Positions 36,527-48,514 of a stretch of DNA of 64,000 bases are shown one piece after another. The notes below the pieces were generated by a model. The model had not been told where the DNA came from. It ran no database searches and saw nothing but the letters and a program-made list of their open reading frames with translations. Numbering within the stretch: position 1 is the stretch's first letter; each line of letters begins with the position of its first letter. This DNA comes from Schizochytrium sp. TIO01. Taxonomy: Eukaryota > Protista > Bigyra: Labyrinthulomycetes. The position numbers and the translations under genes were made by a program. The stretch covers positions 1,302,001 through 1,366,000 of the forward strand of contig SMSO01000033.1 of NCBI GenBank assembly GCA_004764695.1. Reading direction: 5' to 3'.

Positions 36527-38943
36527 GACGCCCATCCACACCGTAAATTTTTTAATGTACCCTTTTTGTCTTCTCTAATCAAATCCGCCCATGCATTAAC
36601 CAACTTCAAATTACCTCACATTGCGTTAAGTTCGCACTCTTCCCATGTACCTCTTCATTACCCAAAACTTAGCTTTGCAAGGGTGACTAATCAGCGACCC
36701 TTTTCTCCATGGTTGCTAGAGACCTCGTCTCAATATATATAAACAGGAATTTCCACTGAAAGCTTGTAAAACTAAAGATATAGATTAGGAGCCCTTGGCA
36801 AAGCACAATCTTACAAATGATACAAAGTTAATCATAAGATTGCTTCTACGTAAGCAACCATAACCAAAAGTAATCTGAACTTTGAGATTAATGTATTGAT
36901 CGCGCAATTACACTTAATGCAGCCTTCACAGAAATCGCAAATCCCAAGGCTTCTTTTGTTCGGGATGAACTGAACGGCAGTTTACCTCGGTGGACTAGGT
37001 ACTCGCTTACTTATCCTTTATACGGGTCCAGATACGAATATGGTCTGCTAGAGGCTTGAAGAAGACTTGAAGAATGCTTCGTACGTGTCGGCCTTTAGAG
37101 TTAACATCCTACCATCCCTGCAATCGAACTCTTCAGTATACTGATTCATATTATCGTTTGTTAACATTTTTAAAAGATTCAAGATATGAAATGTAAGTGA
37201 AGAAGTTAGGTTCATTCGTCTCTTCGACTATCCTTTTAGATTCCACCATATTTGTTCTTTTCAACATTTATGTACATGTTCAGTTTATTTAAGTCCTTAG
37301 CTTTACCACCTCGCATTCAGTTGTTAGGTTTTAATGCTATGCAAAACTTAGTCATTTAGACTTACAATGGTACGCCAGCAACTCTAGCAATCCATTGCTA
37401 ATATTTCTTCTCGATATATTATTTTAGCAGTGGATCTAGGATCCTGAGATTATCAATCGAAGGGTTTTGTGGACAGTCCTTAGAACATTATTAGAAGTCC
37501 CAAACTAAAACGACGTGTATATGATGAGAATATGACTATCAGATACTACTGAAGTAATATACAGCTACTGCCTAACCTCACCTAACCTAACTCTTCTGTC
37601 CGACATCTTCTGTGTATTGTACTGACATGATACATTCATCCTTGCCTGTATCCAGACCCGAAACCCCAATAACTCATATATCATCCTCTTTCCCTTTCTC
37701 CTGAGTTCGCCATCCTTGTCAGACTATATCTGCACACGCTTCATACCAAAAGCTACTCTGCAATAGATGCAAAGATGTGAGACTAGGGAAACTAACAAGT
37801 GAAAGGATATCACACAATCAAGGAATTATGCAAGGACAATTTAACATGGTGGACGAGGAAACCTAACCTAACGCCTTGAGTTCTGCGTAAGAACGATGAA
37901 GCCTAACTTAGTTTGACTCTCCTATTAAACTATGATGCAGCCCACCTAGGCGTTTATTCCCAAGGCCAGCAGATCCCTATCTCTATACGCCTAAGTACAC
38001 TATGCGTTCTTAAGTTTTATCCTGTTTTCCAAGCTTGCCTAGTCAACCTCTAGCTGTTCAGGGATTAGCCTTTACCACAGCATCAACTAAGTGAGCATTG
38101 CGTGATCATCTCTTGAATAAATCTATACTTAGTATGCACACATGAAGTTTATACTGGGAAGTTTGGGGTTGTGAGTTCGAAAGAAAGATAAGTTTGAGAA
38201 ACGGCAATTGGAGTAGCAAGGAGATGTAACACTGGTAGGACCATAGGTAATCCATTATAAGCCTAATACTGGTTTTTTGAATATCACGATATTCTAATCT
38301 GCGGCTTCTCAAGCCACGGACTAAGAAGTTTGACTCAATCCTCAAGCACTTTCTTAATTGTAACAAAACGAGAAAATATCAATGATCTAGTATCAGTTGG
38401 AAATTCTAACTTTCTGATAAGTCCTTAGGTTGCCTCCCATATACTGGCTGTAATGGCTAGCTGTAAGACCTTGAATGCGTTCCCTAGGTAGGCTGGTCTT
38501 TGTCTCATATATTCAAACTCTTGATATACTCGATCTCTACATCTTGGCCATGCAATATACTCGATTGATATTCTTAAACTCCCAGCAAGTCACTTAAAGG
38601 GCTTAATGAGACAAAGGATCAGCGACTATGGAAAATTGAGCTGCTGGTGATTAAATTCATCTCTTCTTATTGACTATAATCAAAAAATAATCTACCCTCC
38701 AAGTTCGCCACATTTGCATTTCTTGCATTTGCATTTATGCCTTCCACAATTAATAATTATTTTTTTTTTATATATCTTCTTTTCTTTTTTTAAAAGTTAA
38801 ATTAAACTAGGAGGTAAGAAACGGTCAACCACCACAATGTATGCAGTGAGATGAATAATGAGAGCGCGGGAGTCAATTCCGCAAGGATTTCTTGAGCTCA
38901 CGGGCAGATAATTTGCTCGTAGGCTCTGTGTTTGCCAAATAAC

Positions 38944-41016
38944 ATGCCGTTGGAGCCACCCTCTTCGACTGGTGCTGCTACAAGCCCAAGCGGGCTCCAG
39001 CATCTCGGAGTGCGCCAAGACTCGGCTGGTTTCCTGCGCCGCACGAGACCGGGGTCTGCGCAGTCACCAACAACGCCACGGGTGGCATCCGCAAGTGGAG
39101 AGCGAACGTCAGTAGTCACATCGCCAACTGGATACCGCAAATTTGACGAAGAAGATATCTCTCGGAGTGATCCCCGCGTGGAATCATCTTCCTTAGCTCA
39201 TTTGGCACTGGCACCTGCATCATCAAACAACCGCGAAGAAAACCATGGATTGGCCAATCCTTCTCCCCAAACCTCTGCAACGATCCTTCATGACAATAAT
39301 GACAAAACTAATTGCACACCTCGCATGAAGGAACTGTCAATCCGCGGAGCTCCGCCTTGGCTTCGTAGAGAACGAGATTTAGAACAGGAGTCACATCGCC
39401 CATGGCTTACCAGCGGCGAACTCTTCTATAGAGGAGGCTTTGAAGGCAGCCTATATTGCAAGGAGTGGTATGAAACGTTTGCAAACCAAGAGTTCCAGAA
39501 TTTCCTGAAAGATGGTCTTACTGACGTTGATGCCACAAGGCGCCATGATGCCACGGACGATGACCTTCGTACTGTACAAGACAGTGTAAAACGTCTTCAC
39601 GAACAGCGTATGCGAAAGCTCGCAGCGCGCCTTCGACATGTTGAAGGCTCTATAGAAGCAGCGCTCGGAAAATTCGAGACTCTTCATGATATTTCGCGAG
39701 CTCGCACGGAGGACCACCTAGCTATTGTTGATCAAAAGCTTCTTTCGCTTTGCGCTCTCTACGCTGCAAATATTGAGAAGGAGTGCGCTATTATCTCCTC
39801 TAATATGGCCTGGAAAGATAGAGAACACAAGCAACTTCTGGAGGAGCGTCAGCATACGCTTGCCCTGGAGGAATTTGGTCTGCACTTGTCGCATGAGACT
39901 GAAGGAAGAATCAATATGCGACGTCTTCCTCCGGACAACCCTCAGTATCAGAGGTGTAAACGAGCCACTTCGGAAAATATCAAAGGTGACTTTTTTGGAA
40001 AATCGTCAAACTATTCGGGCATAAAAGTGCTAGAAGTATTTAAAATTGAAAACAGACCAATGCTGCGCGAATTTCAGCATCACGCATCCAGTTTTAAGCC
40101 GGGTTCCGTCAAGGGGCTCTTCTGTGCTGTACCCCAAAACTGTCTTCCCAGACTGGCTGTAGAGGGCATGGGACGGGCTCAAACCTCAGAAGATGTTGAA
40201 GAGGTGTTAGCATCAACATTTCTACGAGCTCACACGGTAGCACTTGAGCCTGGAAGTGCCTCCATACCTGGAATTGCAGAGTCGCAGTACCTAGACAGCC
40301 TATCCGTCGAGTTTCCCAAACAATTTTCGCGTTATTCCACGATGGAAGAGTTTCGCAGCATGATGTCCGAGAAGATCCAACCAGAGAGCTTACAGTCGTC
40401 TGATGAAACCAACGGGCCGAGTAATGGTGGGAACCAGGCGCGCTATCTTGCACTTTGTCGTGTCATCATTGGCAACGCCTTCATGACAAGCGGAGAGTAC
40501 GAGGGCTTTCCGAAGGTCGATAAATCCACTGGCAATAAATTTGATTCGATTTTCAGTCCGGCACTTGACGAGTATCTCATTCTTCATGGCACGCACGTCT
40601 TACCTGAATTTCTTATTCGTTATGAATTCAATCCGCGGTTTAAGCCGGAATCTCCGCAACTGCAAACAGAGACGCTGTCCTCCCTCGAACCTGACTTTTC
40701 CACTGCGCAGGTATCCCTACAGCTCAATGAAATTCTTCATATGGGTGAGGATCTATCCACTCTTTTTAGAGCCAATCTAATGCCGGTCATGCCGAAGAGT
40801 GTTGCCATGCCAAATTTCCAGAGCAGCGAACGGAATCATCCTTCTCGCTCCTCACAACGTAAGAAAGCTTCAAAATTCACTCATGCTGCAGAAGTGCAGG
40901 CTGGTCGTGAGACCCTTCATTTCAATGCAGCTCGCCAGCGCGACGAGATTTGGGCAGCTCTCAGTAATGTCTTGCGTCAAGAGGAACCAGACTCAGATGA
41001 AGAAGACCAGTATTAA
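38944..41016 (+). CDS. Protein with coiled-coil and divergent PARP/ADP-ribosyltransferase-fold domain
   Basis: ~690-aa ORF (ATG 38944). PARP-like strand order: IKVLEVFKIEN, KGLFCAV, RYLALCRVIIG, FDSI, DEYLILHGTHVLPEFLIRYEF. The CDS is secure; the fold call is motif-based. Confidence 0.8.
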   Translation: MPLEPPSSTGAATSPSGLQHLGVRQDSAGFLRRTRPGSAQSPTTPRVASASGERTSVVTSPTGYRKFDEEDISRSDPRVESSSLAHLALAPASSNNREENHGLANPSPQTSATILHDNNDKTNCTPRMKELSIRGAPPWLRRERDLEQESHRPWLTSGELFYRGGFEGSLYCKEWYETFANQEFQNFLKDGLTDVDATRRHDATDDDLRTVQDSVKRLHEQRMRKLAARLRHVEGSIEAALGKFETLHDISRARTEDHLAIVDQKLLSLCALYAANIEKECAIISSNMAWKDREHKQLLEERQHTLALEEFGLHLSHETEGRINMRRLPPDNPQYQRCKRATSENIKGDFFGKSSNYSGIKVLEVFKIENRPMLREFQHHASSFKPGSVKGLFCAVPQNCLPRLAVEGMGRAQTSEDVEEVLASTFLRAHTVALEPGSASIPGIAESQYLDSLSVEFPKQFSRYSTMEEFRSMMSEKIQPESLQSSDETNGPSNGGNQARYLALCRVIIGNAFMTSGEYEGFPKVDKSTGNKFDSIFSPALDEYLILHGTHVLPEFLIRYEFNPRFKPESPQLQTETLSSLEPDFSTAQVSLQLNEILHMGEDLSTLFRANLMPVMPKSVAMPNFQSSERNHPSRSSQRKKASKFTHAAEVQAGRETLHFNAARQRDEIWAALSNVLRQEEPDSDEEDQY

Positions 41017-41539
41017 GTATCCTCTTCATTTATGAAACTTGCTTGTTTTGATTTTATTCTAATAAATTATGTACACATGTGCTTTTCGTTTCAATTAAAT
41101 CTTGGATTCCTCTTTTGAAAAGTATCACAAAAGCATCTTCGATACGATGTACGCTTATTCGAAAAAAAGAAAAGAAAAAAAATGACTTTCCATAATTATT
41201 TGTATTTCATCATAGCAATGAAACCTTCGTCTGACTGGACAACCGTCATTACCTGCTACCATTACATACTTCTTCATTTCAGTCTATCACACTCAACCAA
41301 GTCCCAAAGAAGTCAGTTCTCCTAAATACATTTGTCTGATGTTAAGACTGTCTAAGGTAATCAATAGTAGTAATACTAGTCTCCCTGATGTGGTATAAAG
41401 TGACCACCCCTTGACGGTTGCACGCCGAGCAACCTCCAAAACATCTTAAATCAGTAAACTTTCACTATCGCTCGATCAGACATCAAATCAATTTTTGCAA
41501 GTCAGCTCAGAACTGGCAATCACAGCAACTCACTCTGCA

Positions 41540-42904
41540 ATGGCAGCGACGGCGCTAAGCAGTGACGGCCTACGGCAGTTTGCGGAGGATCTGTCACCTC
41601 TGGAATCGCCCTTCAGTAACCGGTCTGTGCAATGTACAGACATAGTGAGCGCCTTCGAGGTATCTCGCGAAGCGTGGTCCGGAGGAGACGTTGGCGAGGA
41701 AAACCGCATACGTTCACGACGTGATGAGCTTCGCAAAACAATGATTGAGCTGGAGGCGCAGCAGCTTTTGGTGGAGAAACTCTTTGAGTTTCAGGCCCAA
41801 GGCCACGTCCATGAAGGTGCTCTTGAGGTTTTGCAGGACGGAGAACGTGCAGCTGTGGCTAAAGTAGCCGAAGCTCGTGAAAAATTCACTGCGCTGCAAA
41901 ACAAGGTTCAAGATGCCTCGACGAATTTGACCGAGCTCATCGGAACGTACGAAGATCGCCGCCATGAACTGGTTGCCAAACTCAAGGGCCTACGGCAAAC
42001 TCTGGCGGACGAGATGCCAGAAGGTCTCAATGATCTCAGCGCAGAGGCATGTGAAGAGCTGATTGAGAAAGAAGTTGCAGAGATGCAGAGCTTAAACGAG
42101 CGACGCAAAACCTTGCAAGATACCTCCGCATCCGCAGAAGCTCGTGTTGCAGACCTGCAAACAGAGACTGAAAAACTCACGGAACAAGCACAGGCTGTGG
42201 AAGCTGCACTTCAAGCTGCCGAGGAGCAAAGCCCAGATGATCAGATGTCGCAAGTTCAAGAAAAGCTTGCGTGGGTTAACGAGGTCCGGAGCATGCTTGA
42301 TAGCATCACTGGGGTTACTGTGAGTGATTTTCAAGAAACCTCGTTTGTTGTACAGGCTTCGGGCGAGAATTTGCGCGTTCAACTTTTTTTCGACCCAGAA
42401 ACATCTCTTCTCACTGATGCAAAGGTTTCATCTCTCTCAGGTAATGATGCTGATGATCCTAAAGCCCTTTATGCTCGTCGCAGAGACCTGCACGCTCGTG
42501 TACTAGAAGAGGCAGTTCGTAGGAATGACATCCGCTTCCTTGTACGTGAACTCCGTGAAAGCGTTCGATGTGGTCGCGCTTTGGATAAAGAGCTAACAGT
42601 ACTCCGGCAAACTTGTCCTGTCAGTGTTGCAGACACGGAAGTCATAGTTACATTGCCTGAAGGTATTGTTGCTACCTTTGAAGTTGGTCTTTCCTACCCA
42701 CGTCCGTATGCCGCTGCTCGTCTCACATCAATGGAAGCTTTCAATGGCTGGAAGAAGAGTCTTATGACGGAAACCGTGGAGTTTGTGCAAAAAGAGCAAT
42801 GTAAACGCCGTCACGACCTTTACACGTTGAGTGCGCTAACACAGCTAATCCGTGATCGGATCGAAGCTGTTCAAGCTGAACAGACAAAGGATGCCGCCAA
42901 ATAA
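41540..42904 (+). CDS. Coiled-coil protein with C-terminal RWD-like alpha/beta domain(s); kinetochore-like (Zwint/Knl1/Spc-type) candidate
   Basis: 454 aa from ATG 41540. A long heptad region is followed by LDSITGVTV...LRVQLFFDP and a second unit VIVTLPEGIVATFEVGLSYP containing the RWD-type YP. The family assignment is inference. Confidence 0.8.
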   Translation: MAATALSSDGLRQFAEDLSPLESPFSNRSVQCTDIVSAFEVSREAWSGGDVGEENRIRSRRDELRKTMIELEAQQLLVEKLFEFQAQGHVHEGALEVLQDGERAAVAKVAEAREKFTALQNKVQDASTNLTELIGTYEDRRHELVAKLKGLRQTLADEMPEGLNDLSAEACEELIEKEVAEMQSLNERRKTLQDTSASAEARVADLQTETEKLTEQAQAVEAALQAAEEQSPDDQMSQVQEKLAWVNEVRSMLDSITGVTVSDFQETSFVVQASGENLRVQLFFDPETSLLTDAKVSSLSGNDADDPKALYARRRDLHARVLEEAVRRNDIRFLVRELRESVRCGRALDKELTVLRQTCPVSVADTEVIVTLPEGIVATFEVGLSYPRPYAAARLTSMEAFNGWKKSLMTETVEFVQKEQCKRRHDLYTLSALTQLIRDRIEAVQAEQTKDAAK

Positions 42905-44276
42905 TTGCGCACAATTTTTTTTGGATAAGATTTGCATCCTGCCTTCTCAAATCTTGAAAGAACTCCCTGACAACAGAACAGTTTTTTATTAAATTAGAAA
43001 GCTGCATTGAATTCCATCAACCAGAACAACCCACCGCCAACCCTAATATGTACGCTGCTATCTTCGTTGTTTGTTCTCAGATGCATGCAAATGCCGCACT
43101 GTAACAAATTGTAGAATAGGCGTCAATTTGGTAATTCAAGCTGATACCATTAAGTAGCAAAAGTGCTAGTTGCACTCTTTACTTCTATACATTAAACTTG
43201 AAAACATAATTTACTGCCTTTATGAACCTAAAACCAATCCACTCCTTTTTATATTAGCTAGGTGCTTCTACCATTGAAGTGTGATATATTGTTCCAACTA
43301 ATTAACGAATGGGACTACCCCTATGAGAAAACTTCAACAAACTTATCCTAGCAACATCATCATTTCTAACTAGAGGTTTGGGTCAACTCATATGCTGTAG
43401 AACCAGGGCAGCCTTTTAATAATTGTCTTGTCTATTCTACAGGCCCAAGCCATACTACCAACCCATGCGAGATCATTCTCTCTAAACTCATGCCAAGCCT
43501 CCAAGCTGTTAATCAAGGGCGGCGTTGCAATAACTGTTCTAGCTTCTTGTTATTATTAAGGCTCAAGCGACGTGGAACATTGGCTTGCTAGACTTATGAT
43601 TTTGTTTGCTTAAGTCATCACAATAGCGTGTCCGTTCGAGATGAAGAAGAAATCAAGCCAAACTATGAGCGCAACAAGAGAGAAGGCCGAGTACAAATAG
43701 AAGAGAAGAAATAGATTTGTCTATAATCCTACGAGGATAATACACGAGGTAAGATTCCAATTGCAGAAGAACGCAGAATTAGCCACAGCAGGAAAACCAA
43801 ATCTCTGCTTGGTGTGAAAGACGATTGAAAACTGCAGAAGTTAAAAGGACTGGGTAGTGGGAGAAAGCGAGCCTGTTGCCGTGCTGTAGACACGAGTACT
43901 CAGAGGATCAGAAGGAGTAAGGTTAGGGTGATCACATCTCTTGTCTTGTTTACGGATGTATAGCGTGCAGAACAAGAGATGATTTCTTTTTTAATATTTC
44001 GCTTTTTTGTTTTTGTTTTTGAGAAAAGGCTGCATGAAGGTTCTTTGGAGAAAAACAGTATCTGCGCGGAAACCTTAATGTGGAGAAACAAAGAAAAGAA
44101 AGAAACGATGAAAGCGAAGTAATACACATGGTGGGTCTCCTTGTTGTTGTTATACTTTTTGAAGATGTTATGCTGCGCAAAGTGTGTTTGTTGGTTGCTT
44201 TGTGTAGTGAAATGAACGATGGACGAACGAGCAGAAGAAGCGATAAATGTGTGTGTGCAAGTACCTTTATCAAAGC

Positions 44277-45674
44277 TCATTTGGTCTCATAGTGCATCTT
44301 GCGGATGAGATCTGCGACCATGGGCGCAACAGAGATGACATGAAGCTTGTCACCAAGAATTTCCTTATCCTCCTTGCTGACGGGCACCGTGTTAAGCACC
44401 ACAATCTTAAGAATTGGCGAGTCAGCAAGACGCTGTGCAGCGCCTTTGTTGAAAAGAGCATGACTACAGTAAACAGTGACGTCCTTGGCGCCAGCCTCAA
44501 TGAGAGCATCGACGGCAGCACATGTGGTGCTTCCAGACTCCATGATATCCTCCACAATGAGTACAGATTTATCCTTGACGTTACCAACAAGGTCCACGCT
44601 ACGCGGCTGAGGAGATCCATCCATGGAGGGTGGCGGAGGGGTGCGAATGATGGTAGCAAGGCCGATAGGCAGGTCAAGTGCCTCAGACAGACCAACCTTG
44701 AAGTGCTTTGCCTTGGTAAGGCAAGATGCATGGGGTGAGACCACAACAAGTCCCTGTTCACTTGCAGACTGGCGGATTGTAGATGCAAGCTCCTGAGGCA
44801 CAAAGTCTGCTGCGCGGAGTGTCTCAATGGGTGTTTCCTGAAAGAATCCTTCAGCCATGCCTTGACCAGGCGGGTGAATGTCGATTGCGATAACGCTCTG
44901 AGCTCCAGCAACCTCCATCATTCGCGCAACATCAGCTGCAGCAAGGTTTGATCGGGCGTAGTTCCAGTCCGTGCGACTCTTTGTGGGCGCAGAGTGTGCC
45001 AAAGATCTCATGTATCCAAAGTACGGCACGACGACAGTGACTTTCTTCGCGCTGGCGTGCCTAGCGGCACTGACCATGAGCAGGAGCTCCATAAGGTTCT
45101 CGTTCACCGGGGGCGACGTAGACTGCACGATGTAGACATCTTTACCACGAACACTCTCGTCAATTTTAACGGAGACCTCTCCGTCAGCAAAGCGAGATGC
45201 CTTGGACTTTCCAAGTGTCACTCCAAGGCGCCCAGAGATCTCCTCGGCAAGAGCACGGTTACTGTTGCCAGCGAAAACCTTGAGCTCTCCACAACCGGGA
45301 GTGAAGTCATTGTTCACGGAACACAGATGAGGGTCCTTTGAGCCTGAGACAACCTTAGTGCGAGAAGCACGAGACAGAAGGCTTCCCTTTTCATCACTCT
45401 CAGAAGATTCGTCGACGACGACGCTGCTATCGCTCTGGTCGTTGTTAGTCTTGCTGCTGCCGCTCTCGGTGCTACTCTTGCTAGCCTCGCAAAGAGCGTT
45501 GGTCCGTGAGAACAGTGAAAAGAGAGAAGCAGAGGTCTGGGTGCGGGCCTGCTCTTCGCCACGGAATCCGGTATCGAGGGCCTCAAAGGCAGCTACGGAC
45601 CCGCAGGCGGCCACGGCAGTGGCTGCCGCGAGGCCTGCAGCGCCATGGCGACCGTGAAGCAAACGACTGAACAT
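44277..45674 (-). CDS. PRS: Ribose-phosphate pyrophosphokinase (PRPP synthetase) family protein, divergent active site, N-terminal organellar-targeting-like extension
   Basis: Hallmarks KVFAGNSNRALAEEI, RFADGEVSVKIDESVRGKDVYIVQST, NENLMELLLM, VVPYFGY, VGNVKDKSVLIVED, CSHALF and ISVAPMVADLI. The ATG at 45674 gives MFSRLLHGRHGAAGLAAATAVAACG. Confidence 0.93.
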   Translation of the reverse strand: MFSRLLHGRHGAAGLAAATAVAACGSVAAFEALDTGFRGEEQARTQTSASLFSLFSRTNALCEASKSSTESGSSKTNNDQSDSSVVVDESSESDEKGSLLSRASRTKVVSGSKDPHLCSVNNDFTPGCGELKVFAGNSNRALAEEISGRLGVTLGKSKASRFADGEVSVKIDESVRGKDVYIVQSTSPPVNENLMELLLMVSAARHASAKKVTVVVPYFGYMRSLAHSAPTKSRTDWNYARSNLAAADVARMMEVAGAQSVIAIDIHPPGQGMAEGFFQETPIETLRAADFVPQELASTIRQSASEQGLVVVSPHASCLTKAKHFKVGLSEALDLPIGLATIIRTPPPPSMDGSPQPRSVDLVGNVKDKSVLIVEDIMESGSTTCAAVDALIEAGAKDVTVYCSHALFNKGAAQRLADSPILKIVVLNTVPVSKEDKEILGDKLHVISVAPMVADLIRKMHYETK

Positions 45675-47893
45675 GACGGTAAAATTGAGAAGATTAAAGG
45701 GATCTTCGAGATGATCTCCGTGCTCTGCAGACACCAGCCGTCGCGGGCGCCGACAAGGTTGAAGGACTGACAAGGAGCGCGGCGACCAGGAAAGCGATAG
45801 ACGAAGGGATTGACTCTGTAGGATATTTATATATAATACTATAGGACTTACGCAGTCAAACTAGGCACACCTTTAAAAAAAAACAGGCACTCATACTATG
45901 TATTTTATTCATTTTAGGACAATAGCAATGACTAGTGGAGCTTCAACGTATTTTAATCCAATACCGGCTGAGGGTAACACTGAGAATGAGAAGCAAATGC
46001 GGTGTCGGAGTGAATTACTGAGAAATGACTGATTAACCTAAATCACAAGCCTCAAGCGGGCTGATAATGGGAGGGAGCTGCATTTGAATTGCAGGTTGAG
46101 GTGCATGTATCAGGGGAAATTAGCCTGATCTTTTTTTTAATAAGAAAGTAATGTTTTCAACTGGTGTGAACGAAAAGAAAATGTTCCACCCTTCGCTTGA
46201 CTGGAAAAGGGGGATCGACTTAATACATCTTAACACACGCACGTGACAAACAATTTAGGACTTACGTAAACAACATACTTATTTGACCAAACGTTTGCTG
46301 CTTGCACATCTAAAAACCTTGATCGCACGAGCATTACTCGTGAGCAAAGTATGGTGTCATCACTCTATTTTTTTGCTTGTGACCACGCCAGTCCCATGTA
46401 GCCTCTGATATTATGAACCTACCGAATCGTCTAAGGTAGGTAGGTACTTGCAAGATGGTATCGTGCAAAGTTATTTTCCTATGCTGCTTCCATTCTCCAT
46501 CTCTTATGTCAATTCTGCGAGACGTGAACTAATTAATACCTGGGTCCAGCGTTTCACTGAATTGAAATTCCCTCCTCTTTTATTAAAAAACAAACTTCTG
46601 AGATCCTGCAAACCTGATAACTTAATTCTAATTTATACTGATTGCTTCAAGTTCTGCAATATTTGACACACGAGACCTTCGGATTCACCATCTTGGTTGA
46701 ATGTTGAATAAACTACAGGTGTGGTTATCATATCACCTTAAACTACGCTCTTATTCTCTCCTTCTCACGGTCGCCTTCCCAACTCAATACTCCATTGACA
46801 TCCACCTTATCCTGAGTACTATTAGGGTTCACCGTCGATGAACCAGGTTGGTTGGCCGCGGTCTTCGTCTTCTACTTTCTCAAGACCAACGCGGCTCTCC
46901 TCAACTTTACCCAATACGGACAAGCTTTCATGTACTATCGATGAGCCACCATGCTCTACGACGCTTTCACCCGAGTTTGAGTTCGTGAATTGTGCAAAAT
47001 GCGTCAGTCAACTTGAAGCAAAAGCAATGGACTCAAGGTGTCTTTAATGTGCTTTTAAAATACCATATTTTACTCCTCTGAAGGGAAATAAAATACGTCT
47101 GTAGCACCTCTTATAGTTCCTTATAGTCACCGCGGAATTGGAGGCACTAATTGAGTGGTTGGCTACGCCGTCCTCTCTCTATGTGTAGCACTGTGTCTGT
47201 CAATTGCTGAGAACTAGATCCAAGGCTGCTAGCTTCTTCTTTGATATAATGTTTGACAAGGAGGTTTCCATCATCCAGCCCGTCCTCAGCCTGATATCGA
47301 AGCACTCTTTATCCCGACGCTGCTCGCTCTTCGCGTATTCAGATGGTCGCTTCCGTGTTTTATTTGCTTTGTATGCTCCACTTGCTCCCGCCGCAAAGTA
47401 CGCTATAGCACACTCCAGAATACAATTTGCTCTATAGTATTCAAAGTAGGTTATTTCGCATTCTCTACTGTACGGTCGGTGGTCCCATTGCCATTGCTTG
47501 AGAAACAGTGGACGATAGATAGGCAGGTATGTACTATGGAAATAAACAAACAATAGCTCGATCCTAAATAAACTAAAGGTCTCGTCAATAGACCAACTAA
47601 GCAAGTCACTATAGTATACTATGGTAGTATAGCTAGTTTAGCGAGAGAATGGGTGAGTAAGTGAATGGCAACAAAGAGATTGAGTTCAAATTAAAGGGAT
47701 TTGAAAGGACCTGCGTGAGGCAAGTCAAATTCGAATCGATTGACCCTTCGCTCGGTCTCTCGGTCGCTCTTCGGGCTCTATCCTTCCTCCTTTACGGTAG
47801 GCAGGTAGCTAGCTAGCTAGCTCGCAGTCTCGCGGCGTCTCGCTCGCGTCGTTCCTTTTCATTAGTAACCACTTGCATCCAAGCACCAGCATC

Positions 47894-48514
47894 ATGCAGC
47901 GTGGAGGACGCGGAGGTGGCCGTGGCGGTGGCCGCGGCGGGTTTGGTGGCCGTGGTGGCGGTCGCGGTGGTGGCCGTGGTGGATTTGGCGGTCGCCGCTT
48001 TGAGGAGGGACCCCCCGACAGTGTGATCGAGGCTGGCAAGTACCTCCATGCTGCGGAGAACGAGCTCGTCTTCGACTGCATCCTCCCGGATCAGCTGCCG
48101 CACTTCAATGCTGCTGCCTACCTCGAGAACAAGAACAAGATTGGCAAGGTTGAGGAGGTCTTTGGCCCCGTCAACAAGATCATGTTCACCGTCAAACTCG
48201 ACGATGGCTTCCAGGCATCCTCCTTCAAGGTGGACGACAAGGTCTACCTCAGCCCTGACAAAACCCTTCCCGTGTCTCGCTTCACTGATACCAAATCTGG
48301 CGGCGGTGGTCGTGGAGGCCGCGGTGGTGCTCGCGGTGGCCGCGGTGGTGCTCGCGGTGGCATGCGTGGAGGCCGCGGTGGTGCTCGTGGAGGCTTTGGC
48401 GGCGGTCGTGGTGGCGGTCGCGGTGGTGCTCGTGGCGGCTTTGGCGGCGGTCGTGGTGGTGGCCGCGGTGGCGGCAGCGGCACCCCCCGTGGACGTGGAC
48501 GTGGACGCTGGTAA
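47894..48514 (+). CDS. GAR1: H/ACA ribonucleoprotein complex subunit GAR1
   Basis: RGG/FGG-rich N- and C-terminal arms flank the core [21 protein letters not shown]...[24 protein letters not shown]...F. ATG at 47894; strongly biased codons. Confidence 0.97.
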   Translation: MQRGGRGGGRGGGRGGFGGRGGGRGGGRGGFGGRRFEEGPPDSVIEAGKYLHAAENELVFDCILPDQLPHFNAAAYLENKNKIGKVEEVFGPVNKIMFTVKLDDGFQASSFKVDDKVYLSPDKTLPVSRFTDTKSGGGGRGGRGGARGGRGGARGGMRGGRGGARGGFGGGRGGGRGGARGGFGGGRGGGRGGGSGTPRGRGRGRW

